A DNA stretch of 64,000 bases from Vicugna vicugna (Eukaryota), in contig MU057989.1 of the NCBI GenBank assembly GCA_013265495.1, positions 883,513 through 947,512 on the forward strand, in the 5' to 3' direction. The notes under the pieces were generated by a model. That model ran no database searches. It was not told the origin of the DNA and saw only the letters and a program-made list of their open reading frames with translations. Shown here in pieces: positions 48,430 through 61,699 of the stretch (positions are counted from its first letter, which is position 1; the number at the start of each line of letters is the position of its first letter). Both the position numbers and the translations under genes were made by a program.

Positions 48430-50790
48430 TATTTAGGGTTTCTATTCCCGGCATGGACAAGGAGCTCCTATTGGACCAATGCTTCTGCAGACTGCTTCTG
48501 AAAAGTCTAGACCAGGTATTTTAAAAAGCAACCACCTAAAGGCCCTGGAGAGAAACAAAAAGCAATCCTGGAGGGTCATCAACACTTGAAAGAATGGAGC
48601 TGCATTAGATATTTCAAATTTTCTATGGTTTCTAGCCTGAGGGAAGGCTGCAGCAACCATCATTCCAGATGGCTAAAATTCCAATAGAAAACTCATAGCT
48701 TTATTGGTCTGAAGAACTAGAGGATGACTTGTGATAAGCATAACTGCTGGAAAGAAACAGAGAGAAAACCTGGAAAGAACAGAAACAGAGATGGAGTGCT
48801 CCAAATTCTGTGTATAAACTGCCCAAATCTCTGGCTGACTTGTGAACAATACACGCATTGGCACCAAGCTAAGGCTAAAAGAACTGACCTGAGGTTTCAG
48901 CTGCTGCTCACTATGAGGAAGACAGAATTTGCAAACAAAATCCAGCCAAGTTAATGCTGGCTTTAAAAAATCAACACCGTTGGGAGCGAGATAAAAGGAT
49001 TCAGAGACTCTGCAATATATCACTCACAAATCAATATTACTGGACATACAAAGACATCAGAAAATGTGACACACATAAGAGAAAAGACAGGCAATCAGTG
49101 CAGGCTGACTCCAAGACAAATAAGACGTTAGAATTAGCAGACAAGGATGCTACACAAATTGTTATAACTTGTATTAGTCATCTAGGGCTGCTGTAACAAA
49201 ACACCACAGACTGGATGTTTTAACTACTGAGATGTATTTTCTCACAACTCTGGAGGCTGGAAGTCCAAGATCAAGGTGCCAGTGGGGTTGGTTTCTCACG
49301 AGACTGCTCTCTTTGGCTTGCAGATGGCCACTTCCTCTTTGCTGTGTCCCAACGTGTCCTTTCCCCTGTTCATGCACATGCCTGATGCCTCTTTCTCTCC
49401 TTATAAGGACTCCAGTCCTACGGGATTAGGATCCCACACTTATGACCTCATTCAACCTTAATTACCTCTTTAAAGGTCTTATCTCTAAACATAGTCACAT
49501 TAGGGGTTAGGACTTTAACATAAGAATTAGGGGGCACAATACAGTCCACAAAATGATTGTTCTCAAGGACAATATGTATACATAGATAGATAAACAGAGA
49601 TAGAGATAGATGCCTATAGGTAGATAGAGACGTATAAATACACAGACATTTAGGTATCTCAGGACAGAGGGCAGATACAGAAACCAATAAAAAGAACTAA
49701 ACGGAAATTCTAGAAAAATATAATTTAATTAAAAACTCATTGGATGGGCTTAAGAGCAGAGCAGACACTGTAGAAGAAAAGCAGTGAACTAGAAGACAGG
49801 ACAATAAAACTACCCAAACTGAAGCTTAGAAAGAGAGAGAGAAAAAAGCACGAAAAAAAAAAAGTACCCTCAGTGACTTGTGGGACAAGATCAAATGGTC
49901 TAACATATGAGTACTTGGAGTCCTAGAAGGAGAGGAAAGAGAGAATGAACAGAAGAAATTTTTCGAAGAAACGATGAATGGAACTTACCCATGTTTGGTG
50001 ACAGACTCTCTCAGAATCAAGAAACTCAGAAAAACCAAGCTGGATAAACACAAAGAAAACTGCATTCAGGCACTTCGTAGTCAAACTGTTGAAAACCAAA
50101 GATGAAGAGACAGTCTTGAAGGCAGGCCCAAAAAAAAAAAAAAAAAAGAGAGAGAAAGAAAGCAAGCAAAACAATCATTACAGGGCAACAAGGATCTGGA
50201 TTATACTCACTTCTTATCAGAAACAATGGAGGCCAGGGCATAATGGAACGACATCTTTAAATTTCTAAGAGGGGAAAAAGAAATCTATCAACCACAAATT
50301 CTGTGTCCAGAGAAAATCTCCTTCAATATTTAAGGTGAAATAAAGACACTTTCAGATACAGCTAAGAGAATCTACTGTCAGCAGCACTTTGCTATAGAAA
50401 TACTGAAGGAAGGTCTTCAGACTAAAGAGAAACTATACCACCCAGAAAATTGAATTTTCAGAAAGAAATAAATGGCTTTGAAATGGAATGTATGTGGGCA
50501 ACTACAAAAGAACAATTTTCCTCTTAATTCTGTTAAAACACATATAAGTGTTTGAAGCAAAAGTTTAAGGGTTGGATTGATTATAAGCTTTACAACGGAT
50601 GTAGGTATAGCACCTATGACAGCCACAGCATAAAGGAGGGGTAGGGCGCTAAGGGACCCGTATAGTTACAAGGTTTCTACATTTTGGGCGCAATAGCATA
50701 ACACTAACTCCAAGTAGACTGGGAAAAATTAAGGATGTGTATTGCACTCCCTAGAGCAATTATTAAAAAATACTGCGGAGGTATCATTAA
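48430..50790 (+). mobile_element. Old L1 5' region / ORF1 remnant
   Basis: ORF1-like decayed stretches (TGGATGGGCTTAAGAGCAGA; GTCAAACTGTTGAAAACCAAAGA; CCAGAGAAAATCTCCTTCAA). Confidence 0.7.
49170..49553 (-). mobile_element. MLT1A-type solo LTR
   Basis: TGTATTAGTCATCTAGGGCTGCTGTAACAAAACACCACAGACTGG...CTGGAGGCTGGAAGTCCAAGATCAAGGTGCC. Confidence 0.85.
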
Positions 50791-51398
50791 AACTATTCAC
50801 CAGCACATCGCCCTGGCCAGTGGGTCTGGCCTCACCGCCCCTCACCCCCAATTCTGCTCTCTGAAAGGATCGGCCACAGCCTTGGTTCGCTCAGATCCTG
50901 GTCGTATGGCCCATGGTGGAAACATCCGAGTTGGGTACTGAGGAGATTGTCCCTTCAATAGGCCGCTTCTTATTGGCATGAGAGAGAGCACAGAATACGA
51001 GTTATCATCCACTTTCTTTTATCAGATTTGGGGTTTTTCTGGCAACACAAACCATGAAAGCCAGGCTCAGGGTTCTGTCTACAGCCAGGCTGGGGTAATT
51101 GAAGCCAGAGACCCGGTCAAGTCAGAGTCCCTGGATAGGAAAGGTGGCCTGGGAACCTTACTTTCCCAGAAACAGGCCTCCTTGCCAGGCCTCAGCCTCA
51201 GGAGCCGGGCCAACGCCACCATCTTGGCCACCGTCCACACTGGGGTTTCTGCGGTGGGGGAAGGGGAAACCATCTTCAGAGGCAGAAGGCACTGCTATCT
51301 GCCCACAGGCTGCATGCCTGCTCCATTTTTACAAAATTAAAGAAAGGCCTTGCGCAGACCAGTGCTGAGATGTAACAATGAACCAAAGAGCATGAGTC

Positions 51399-51525
51399 GC
51401 GGGGAGGGTGTAGCTCAGTGGTAGAGCACATGCTTAACATGCATGAGGTCCTGGGTTCAATCTCTAGTACCTCTGTTAAAAATAAATAAATAAATAAACC
51501 TAATTACCACCCCCTATCAAAAAAA
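51399..51525 (+). mobile_element. tRNA-Ala-derived SINE
   Basis: GGGGAGGGTGTAGCTCAGTGGTAGAGC...GGTTCAATC, then (TAAA)n, CCTAATTACC and an A tail. TSD-like AGCATGAGTC / AGCATGGGTC. Confidence 0.92.
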
Positions 51526-52754
51526 AAGCATGGGTCACCTAACCCTCTGTGCTTGGGTCAAAAACTTAAGGGGGAAAAATAGACTAAACACAAACAAATT
51601 GATGTATCCCTTGCATAATTTTAGAAAATTAAAAATTTTTAAAAATCATGAGAAAAACTCAATGACCAAAGGAACTATTGTCTGTTAAGGATTAAAAGGT
51701 ACTGAAGAGCACCATCAACCTTCAGGAAGGGCCAGAGGAGTCACACGCACACCTACAGATGACCCACACGTGCGCAGGGCCTGCGGTGGTGGAAGAAAGA
51801 CGCCAGCGTGAGGCTCAGCTCTGTTTAGCCACCACTGGGACGCAGGAAGGTCCAGTGGAGCCCTGGGCAGGAGCCCAGGGCACAGGGCTTCCTGTCATCC
51901 GTTGTTGAGAGCAGATGACCACACAACACACATGGAGACTGAGCGTGTAAGGGAGTTGAGCTATGAACAAACACACTTGTGGCAAGGCTCTCCTGACACC
52001 TACCTGGTACCATGCATAATCCTCGCTGGGCACCATGCTGTCTGGCATCTGCGGCAAGCATACGTAATCGGTGACATTGCTGCCATGTTGACCAAGCATT
52101 TCCATGGCCACTCATGGGGAGGGGGACGGGTGGGGAGCAGGAATTTGTGTTGAGGCCCCTCTTAAGTCCCAGTGGCTATAACCCAGTATGACTCAGGCCT
52201 CAGTCTCCACCCTCTCAGGGGATGCCCACAAACCAGGTGACCCAAAGCCTCATGCTGATGGTCAGGCCTGTTCCCCTGGGCTAGGACAGGCACTAGATAG
52301 ATGCTGAGTTCAAAGCTGCACTTGGGTCATGTCAAGGCAGTCCCCACCTCCCGAAGGAGGGGAGCCCTCTGCCCATTGCTGGCCTCAAAGTGGTCAGGGC
52401 CACAGGGATCCTTCACCGACAATCCCCAACCCTGTTCCCTTTTGGGGTTGAAGGATCTAGTCCTCCAACTGCTAGAGATGCCCTGGGAATTCCACTTGAC
52501 TGAGGAGATGTGCCTCATCCAAGGTCCCGCCCCTTCCTGGGGGTCTGCACCCAAGGGCATGGATGCTGAGATAAGAGGCTCAGCGCTCACCCCAGCCCAA
52601 CTCTGAGTTGCCATCCCACCATCGCAGCCCCACTGCCCCTCTGCCTGTCCTGCATCCTTACTTTCCCCACAAGAGAATCCCTGACAAACCTTCTGTGTGC
52701 TCCCCTCCGACTCAGTGGTTGCTTCCCACAGAGCCCAGCCTCTGGCAGCAGCAT

Positions 52755-53205
52755 TTGGGTCAGTGTCCTGGGGCTGCTGTGACAAATTTCCACAAGCTGG
52801 GTGGCTTAAACCAACAGAAATGGATTCTCTCACAGTCCAGAGGCCAGAAGTCTGAAATCAAGGTGCTGCAGTGCCATGCTCCTTCCAGAGGCTTGTGGAG
52901 AGGACCCTTCCTTGTCTTCCAGCTCCTGGTGGCTCCAGGTATCCCTTGGCTTGTGGCCACATCACGCCAATCCCCGCCTTCATCTTACCATCTTCCCATC
53001 TTCCCATGGCCATCTCCGCTGTGTCTCAGATCCCTCTCTCCTTTCTTACAAGGGTATTTGTTACTGGATTTAGGGCCCACTCGGATAATCCAGCATGATC
53101 TCACCTCGAGATCTTTACCTTAATGATATCCGCAGAGATCCTTACTCTAAATATGTTCACAATCTGAGATGCCAGGTGGACATACTTTTGGGGGGCCCCA
53201 GTAGA
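52755..53205 (-). mobile_element. MLT1-type solo LTR
   Basis: GGCTGCTGTGACAAATTTCCACAAGCTGGGTGGCTTAAACCAACAGAAAT...GGATAATCCAGCATGATCTCACCTCGAGATCTTTAC. Confidence 0.8.
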
Positions 53206-56200
53206 TCTCCTGCAGCTGCCAGATTTCCATTTCTATGACAACGGTAAGAGCAAACCGTGAGCTCCCGGGAGGGCAAGGATCTCTGTCGCATTCATCTCTG
53301 GGAGGCAGCGTGAGCAGCCCTGTCCACCACTGCTCTGTAATGGTGGCCACAAGGTCAACACAGAGAGTTGGAGGAGATACAGACCCACCCCCGGCCGGCA
53401 ACCCCACGGCGACAGCCACTGGGAGAGCGTGTCCCACCTGTGCCAGCACTCCAGCGCTGGGGAGCCCAGAGACCCCAACAGTGGTCACAGGAGAGAGAGG
53501 AGGTGTGACAGTTTGCACATCTTTCAGAACTTCCCATTGAGGTTAAGGAATAACCGTCTCCAGGGACGCTTTGCCGGTTGAAGCTCAAAATGCTTCAGTG
53601 GGACCAAGCTGGTTTCAGGGACCCTCCCTGGTAACACAGCCCTGAAGTTTCCAGCTGGGAGACTGCACCAGGCAATGCCAGACCCCCTGGTAAATCCAGC
53701 CACTTCTCGTAAACCTGTGTTTAAAGGAATCGTTGGGCACCATCCCTTGGCATGTTCTCCCCTGTCGATCTGTACTTGGATGTCTTGGAACAGGGCCTCA
53801 TTTGGGCCGGTATTTGGATTCTGGCCATTCTGCTCTGCTCCAGGGACCCCAAGATGCTCGGAGAGCGACTCAGAGCCAAGATAGGCCTTTTGACCCTACT
53901 CCTTCCAAGGAAGCCAGATGATGTGGCCCAAGACCGTGGCCACGGCAGGTGAAATACTGGGATCTCAAACGGCAATAAGCAAGGGGGACAAACCCCTTCA
54001 GGGAGGACACAGGGTGACAGCTGAGAGTGAGATGTGTTCTGGCACCTGGGTGCAGTGGCTACTAACAGGCGGCTCCCCAGAGAATCTTTGTTCTCAGAGG
54101 TGCTGAGGGTGTGAAGTCAGCTGTGGCGCCCTCTCCCTCCCCCACAGCCGCTCCCACTCTGGGATGTCTGCAGGTATTGGCGGGGGGGGGGTAGACTCGT
54201 GGAATTAGAGCCTGAGCCCCAGCCTGGGACTTGTGGCTCCTCTCCTGTCTGACGAGGCCACTCTGGCCATGTCTTCCCTGGGCTGTCATGAGACACAGAT
54301 GAGGTGATGGAGATGGGGTTGGCGGGGGGTGAGGGGGTGGATTCAGGCAGGGCTGGGTAGCTCATCCCCGGCTTTATCACCCACCCGCAGATGACTTGGG
54401 GCAAGTTGGGTTCTCAGAGCCTCTGCTGTGCGCATTAGAGGAGCATCACTGAACAGTGCATGTCCTGATCGTGGAGAGCAATTAGCTCAGCCCATGGCAC
54501 CCAGTGGGAGCTGGGTGCAAATTCCTTCCCTCCCTGAGGGTCGCTGGCCCCTGGGTAGCACAGGAGGGCTCTGTGGGAGTAGGGAGGTACTGTCTTCATG
54601 TCCTGGGGTGGGAAGCCATAGGGTGGCTGCAAGGCATCCAGGTGGGTCTGGGAATCCGTGAGAGGAGCCTGGATCATGACTTCACTGTGTATTTGTGGTT
54701 TTTACTCTGAGGCACACAGGTGTTTAATAACTTGCCTCAGGCCAGCCCCAGCTGAAACCACCGAGTCCTGTCTACTTGGGTTTCTAAATAAAGGACCCAG
54801 TTACGTTTGGTCCACATGACTCATGACCCGCAGAAGCTCTTAGAAAGCCGCATGCGTGGCTTTGTGCACTCACACGTCCACGCACGGACGCACGGGCGGC
54901 CGCGTCTTGGCGATGGAGAGTGGGCGCTGCATGGCAAGCAGCAGAGGAGCAGGGACTGCCCAGGTCCTACTCGGTTAGTGGCATGATAAGCCTCGGCGCC
55001 CCAGATTCAGGCTGGAGGGCTGGTTTCTTGCGGGGATCAGGTGCGAGTGGAGCTGCATTCTTTCTTCTTGCTCAGGGGTTTGTAGAAAGGAGTCAGTCTC
55101 CCCAGGGCTTGACTTCTCCATAGGAGGTGGAGCCGGACCAGGATCCAGAACTCCCATGTCCTTGGTCACGCTCCCCTGCTGCCTGGTGGCCTCTCTGTTT
55201 CCTTATGTCCTTTGGATCCTCTTGCACTTCTCCCTACCCCCCGCCCCCCGCCATCTAGCCATGAACTTCCCCGGGTGCCTCTGTCCCCTCTTGACTACTC
55301 TTGACACTCCCAGCTATCCCAGAGGTAAACCATGACACATGTGCTTTCCCACAGGTGACAAGAGGCTTGGCCTGCTTAGATGTGAGAGGCTCCCTGCAGG
55401 GTGGCTATGCTTCCAGGGAAAACAACCACGACTGGCCTTCAGGATGTAAGGTGAGGTCTGATGCAGGTCGGCCTCACTTTCTCCTGACCTGCAGAGGATC
55501 TTATCTTGACCCTGGCAAGGGCCCCAACCTCCTCCTTCCCTCTGCGTCCAGACCACCCAGGAATCTGACTTCAGAGTGCAAACCAAGGCTAACTAGAGTA
55601 AGAGCCAACACTGACGGGATCACAGCATCCCTGGATTAGCTCTAGTGCCGAGGGAGAGCAGGTCAGCCCCATAAAAACATTCCTATGACCAGGTGTACAA
55701 AGTGGGCCACCGCTTGAATGGTGACGATGAATTCAGACAGCTGACGCCCACTGAGCGCTTACTATGCGCCAAGACTCAGCCTCGCACTTTCCACACATTA
55801 TCTTGTTTAAGCCTCTCAACAGCCCCAGGAAGTAGATGCTGTTCCCATCATTCCTATATTACAGATGGGTCCCCCAAGGCTCGGAAACTTATTCAAGGGC
55901 AGGCCCGGCTGACCTGGAAGTCAGAGCACCCGGTCCCATTACTGCAAAGAGGACACGGGTTCCCCACCGCGTGAATCTGCCCTTAATTGCATAGCTGGGA
56001 GTGATCAAACAAGTTCTATCGCATACCATCACCACAACGCCCTCGGCTGTGGGAAGACTCCCAGCAAACGCACCCCTTGCTGCTGGACGGAGGGCAGGAA
56101 GAGGAGGAGAGGGAGGCCTCTGGTCCCACCGTCCCAGCCCTACTCGGCTGAGCACCCTGAGGCCCACCACACGCTGTGGCCCCTCCAGGCCTTCATGCAG

Positions 56201-56469
56201 CCCTGACCTAGATCGGACACTGCTGGGCAGCTTCAGGACTCGTGCTCGCGTCTGAAGCCGGGTGGGCACCCTGGACACAAACTCCCTGCCCTCGCAGGGG
56301 AACATTAGCTTGGGACCCATGGCTGGACCCAGACATTTTCTGAAACATAAGTTTGAGCTGATGGGTCAGGCCCCACCAGAAGCTAGCTGCAGAGGCCAAG
56401 AAACGTCTGGGAAAGTTCCCTCAGGAGCATGGCACCAGAGGACGGACTCAGGCTTTGGAGACCTGGGTT

Positions 56470-56615
56470 TTTTTTTTTTTTTAATTGTTTTTGAGGGAAG
56501 GTAATTAGATTTATTTATTTTTTTATTATTTTTTTAATGGAGGCACTGGGGATTGAACCCAGGACCTCGTGCATGCTAAGCACACGCCCTACCACTGAGC
56601 TACACCCTCCTCCCC
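56470..56615 (-). mobile_element. tRNA-Ala-derived SINE
   Basis: Perfect 14-bp TSD TGGAGACCTGGGTT (56456-56469 / 56616-56629). A and B boxes present. Confidence 0.92.
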
Positions 56616-56717
56616 TGGAGACCTGGGTTCTAATCCCACTCCTGTCACTTCCCATAGTGTGACATGGTGAAAGTTCGTCAAAGGACCTCATCCTGGGATG
56701 GGAGAGGTGATGTCCAC

Positions 56718-57237
56718 TGCAGTGGTTTTGAAATATGCCTGCAAACCTCCTGATATTCTTCCCTTCAAGGGGTGAAGCCTGGTTCCCCTTCCCTTGAGTG
56801 TGGGCTGGACTTAGTGACTGGCTTCTAACTGATAAAATGAAGCAGCAGTGCTGGCGTGTGGCCTCGGAGACCTGGTCGTGAAAGGTGCCGCAGCTTCCTG
56901 CCTGTTCTCTCTCTTGCTCTTGGGTCTCTCCCTATCAGGGAAGCCGGCTGCCATGTCGTGAAGAGAGGCCCACTGGTGAAGGACTAAGGCATGCAGCCCA
57001 CAGCCCTGTGAGGGCACCACCTTGGAAGGGACTCCTCCAGCCCCAGTCCAGCCTTCAGATGGCAGCGGCCCTGGCCAGCATCCCAACCCCAACCTCACAA
57101 GAGGCCCTGAGTCAGAACCACACAGTGGTGCCGTTCCTGAATTCCTGACTTATGGAAATGGTGAGGTAATCCATGCTCATCACTTTCAGCCAGTATAGTT
57201 GGGGTATTTTGTTACACAGCAAGAGGTAATGGAAACA
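56718..57237 (+). mobile_element. MLT1-type solo LTR
   Basis: TTCCCTTGAGTGTGGGCTGGACTTAGTGACTGGCTTCTAA...CCAGTCCAGCCTTCAGATG...TTTGTTACACAGCAA...AACA. Confidence 0.8.
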
Positions 57238-58885
57238 TACACTCATCAGCATACCGGGAGCCCCTGGGGTAACACGTGAGAAGGGCCAGGTGCCTGACAG
57301 GTGCTTGGTCTGATTAGCTCCCTTCCACTCTGAGGACTCAGCAGCCCCTCCCCGTGGAAGGTTTGCACTGCGCATTATGCCCTCCAGCCAGGTTCCTGGC
57401 CTCCTTCCGTTTCCCCACAGCAGGCCTCCTGGCTGTGCCCACCAGAGACCCTGTTTCCCTGGGGGAGGCTTGCTGTCGCTTTTATATGGGATCAAAGAAA
57501 TTGGTTGGCGTCCAGTTTAATCCAAATCCTGTGTCAGGACCAGCCTTACCTCCCAGGTTCACCTTCCTCACAGCAGCACTGCTGGGACGTCCAAACTGTA
57601 CATCAGTTCACACTGCTTTTTGCTTAAAACCCTCCAGCGGCTTCCCTTTACCCTTGGAGTGAAAAAATCCCAACCTGTTACCATGGCTGCAAGACTCATG
57701 TGATAGGCCCCACTCCCACTGTTTATTTACACTCCAGGCTCCTGTCTTCCAAACGCCCCTCAAATGTGCCAGACCTCTGCGCGTGGAACATGTCTCCACC
57801 AGACCTTCACAGGCTGCCCCTCCCCATCATTATGAGCTCCACTCAGTGTCACTTCCTCAGCACCACCCCGCCAAGGCCGTCTCCATCACATTGTCTTATT
57901 TTGTCCTTTTTGTCACCAGCTAAAATGACCTGTTGCCTTGTTTATTGCTGGAAGCCCACATACTCCTGGAGAGCAGAGGTTTGCCGCTATCATTCCAGGG
58001 GCTGGAACGGTGCCCGGCACCCAAGAGGCACATGACGAATGTTTGAGGGCCAAATGGCTTCTTGAACATCAATCAAATTCCCTTTGGAACTCTTCGGAGG
58101 AATCTATCTTCACAAGGAGCCTCTGGAAATCCTTCCATAAAGGGAATAAGCCACCTCCAGGCCTTCTAACAGTGGGTCTTAACTGCATTGTAATCATCTT
58201 AATCCAGGAGGGTTCTTGTCAGGGATGTGGAACATTGGTGTTCTGAGAGGCAGTAAATCTTTCTCTGGTTTGGTTTCAGGTAACATATATGGACTGGAAT
58301 ACCCTGGTTTTTCCCCCTTTGCTGGGTTTTCACATAGGTCTGCCCAGCCAGCTGTCCCTTTGCAAAAATCAGGGGTCCAAGGACCATGTGGCTCTGTGAT
58401 GCAAACCTCTTCCTCAGTTCCTGAGAAGGGCAGGGACTGAATAAGGGGCCACCTAGAGAACCAGGATGTTCTGAGGTCCCGGAGGCTGGAAGCAGGGACA
58501 GCACCCAGCATGGGGCCGAGCAGGGCAGGGCTGAGTGAGAAAGAAGACTCTGTTTGTTCCTGCTTCGGAGACCCAGGGAGCTGCGAGGCTCACAGAGGCC
58601 CCCATGCTGCCTGGTCTCCCTGCCTCTCTTGGTGCAACCATGAGCAGAGTCATCTTCTACAAATAAGATTGCATCATTCCTCTGTTCTCAAGACACAGCC
58701 CCATCTCCATGCTGAATCTCCACTGAGCTGCTCACCCGCTCCAGCCCCAGTCCCTGCTGCTGGTGGCATGCTGTTCCCACTCTTGGCCATCTCTGTTCCC
58801 TGGGCCACGTTGTCTCCTGAATGAGACCACGCACAGCCTCCTGCCCAGTCCAGTCCCTGCCCTCTTCGCCGTCTGCCACGCCTGT

Positions 58886-58900
58886 CCTGTAGGGGGCGCA
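58886..58900 (+). promoter_or_regulatory. Candidate CTCF site
   Basis: CCTGTAGGGGGCGCA closely matches the CTCF core CCASYAGRKGGCRS. Confidence 0.5.
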
Positions 58901-61699
58901 GCACGGCCCCCTTCAGCTCCAATGTGTGGGCTGGATGACTGCCAAGTCCCTCCCTGCAGCGGAGCCCCGGGGAGCGGGGGTGCTGCCTGTCCTACTCACC
59001 CCCGCACCGGGAGGGGAGCAGCCCTGCTGCTCAGCAGACATTCAGGCCACACTGAGTGAAAGCAAGAAGAGGCAGCTCTCAGGGCCAGAGCCATCATCAT
59101 TGGAAATGCAATGATAACGACAATCGGGGCTGGAGAGCTGGGGGAAGGAAGTTGAGGGGAGTGCCGGGCCGTGTCACCTGGTGGGCGAATGTGTGCAGAG
59201 AGATGCAGACGGAGCAGGGTGTGTCCAGGTGTGTCCCCTGGCCAGCTCTGGGGAAGCCACATCCCCATCCTCCCTTCACCCAGACAGCGTGGATGGCGTG
59301 GGGCTGGGGAAGGATACACTGGGTCTGGAAGGAGAGAGGGGGCCTGGAGTGGTCTGGCGATCATGGCACTCTTGGTGTCCCCAGCTTAGCCTGGGGGAGG
59401 GAAAGAGCTGGGAAGAACAGAGAGGACCAAGGGGTCAGGAGAAAATGCTGTGACCCAATAGGTGCCCCATGAAAATGGCCGCGTGCAGGCTGCTTGGATG
59501 TGTGGCTTCCTGGTGGCATTTTGTGTGACCAAGCACAGGGCACCGTATGTGTCCCCACTTCTGGGTGTGGAGTCAGGGCGGGAGCAGCAGCCTCAGCTAA
59601 GAGACCCGAGGTCACCGCTGCTGCAGCAGGAGCTCTGGCTCCAGTCCAAGGAGTGCAGGACACTCGGGGCCAGCCGCACCAACACCCAAGCGGGCAGGTG
59701 GGACTGGGCAGGTAAGGGACCAACCAGAAGGGACCCGGTTGAGGGAGGGGAACAGGGTTCTGAAGACTCCCTCTGGGCCAGGCATGCCCTTTACTGGCTG
59801 GATTACGGAGGTCCTGGGCAGGGGATGGGATGGCTGGGACGCCATGGAAGGATTCAATTTTAATGCCTGGACCAGCCCTGCCAGTGCGTGCCAGCTGAAG
59901 TCAGATTCCTAACTGGCCACGTGTCTCCTCCGTGTCCAGCCACCCTAGCCTTCCATCAACCTGTGGAAGACACTCTTTTCCCTGGGGCTTTGGTGCCCAG
60001 TCTCTGTTCTCCCTAGAAGTTCCATGACCCTCAAAACTCTTCCTTATCCTTCCAAGGTCAGCTCTGCCATCACATCCTCAGGGGCCTTCCCTGACCCTGA
60101 GGCTGGTCCGAGTCGAACACTCATCCTTCCCAGGGCCTGATTTTGTTGACCCGCCTTGCGGTTCCTAATTTCACGGGGATAAGTGTTTCTCACTGAACTC
60201 AGTCCATAGGCTCGGGACCAGAGCTACTGTTGCTCACTGCTTTATCATCGGCATCTCATTCATTATTTGCTGAACAGTTGAGCAAATGAATGAGTGGACC
60301 AAAAATGCCCACTCTCTTGTGGATCACAGCGCTCCCTTCCTTGGCTATAAATTCAGGGAGTGGGTACAACTCATGTGGTCAGGAAAACATGGCTTCCCTG
60401 AGGAAGCTGGAATCTTAGGGGCCCCCTCCCACAGTAGTAAACAGCCCATGTGAGCTGGCTGTGAGGGACACAAGATCCTGCCAGAGGACATGAGATGCAA
60501 AGTTGCAACCCCTAGGGGCCAGACCGTTAAGTCCAGACTGAGCGCAGTGGAAGGCGGCCCAGGTTGCGCACTGCTGCATCAGTGGGACCCTTTCAGCCCA
60601 GACGTCTCCTCCCGAGGCTCCCCTTTGAGCACGTGTCTCTGAGCACATGGACAAGACCCACGTCTCTGCAACACTATTGGCATTACTGTGGCCCAAACAG
60701 CCCATGACTTGACTTCTCTCCTCACTCTGACTATTCTACTGGGATGTTCCCCCTCACTAGAAATTTAACCTTTCCCAACTGGCTGGAAGGGTGGTAAAAC
60801 AAACAAAAAGACTGATAAGCACAGATTTAATTAAAGGCATGGGCTAAACCAAAAAGTAGTGACGTTTCATCCTTTCCTTAGCACCAGACTAAGAGTGGTG
60901 GGTGAGAAAGACAAGAGAGGTCTTCCCTTGTTCAGCTCTACAGTTGCCTAAACTGGGAAGGTTTCAGCCAGATACCTCCCAGGATGCACTCTCCTGGGAG
61001 CTGAAGGAGGTCCGGTTGGGGAGGTAAGCATACGCGCTAGCATTCCCTCCTCCGGACTGGGACTGTCGCAATGGGCCATCCACACCTGCTAGTGACGGGC
61101 CCCTGCGGAGAACAGCCCCAGGCAGGTCCACCTGCTGCCAATCATCACATAGGAAACAAGCTCGCTGGCCGACCCCTGCATACATGCCTGGGGAGCAGCG
61201 CCAGAGCCCACAGAGTAGAGAGGGCTTGGAGGAAGCCGGCTTGCAGAACTAGGAAAACCTGTTCTGGTGTGGGAGAGGCCATGGGTGGAGGGGAGCCCTG
61301 CTCAGAGGAGGTGAGCGGCAGGAGGCTCCAGGGGAGGACTAAGGTGGTCTTTGCTCACCTGGTAGGAGACAGTTAGAACTTTATGTAAATTGGGTTAGAT
61401 GCACTTGTTGAACAGGGGAAGTGGTGGGGATGGGGAGATGAGGTGGGTGACTCTGTGTTAAAGCACCACCTGTGAAAACTGCCCTTTAGTGGGAAAGCTG
61501 AAATGGAGAGACAGTTCTAACAGGGATGAAATTAAGCATTTGCCATTCTTGCTGACACAGTTTGGAAACATCTTTCGTTCTGCAGAACGAGCTCAGTTCT
61601 GAGGTCCACCTCCATCTGGGTGGACAAGGGTGATGCAGGGAAGCTGAGAGCAGAACCAGAAGGAAAAACAAAAGGCAGCATTGTTTTTGCAGCAGGTCA

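Noticed and set aside
44190..50790. Possible intact or active L1
   Set aside because: ORF2 and ORF1 remnants are full of stops, interrupted by LTRs and SINEs, and in the wrong order for a single element.
50800..61500. Many 60-170 aa ORFs in the GC-rich upstream tract (possible gene, retrocopy or ADCY9 3' exons)
   Set aside because: No translation resembles a protein I recognise, there is no exon chain or poly(A)/TSD retrocopy signature, and several ORFs lie inside MLT1 LTRs.
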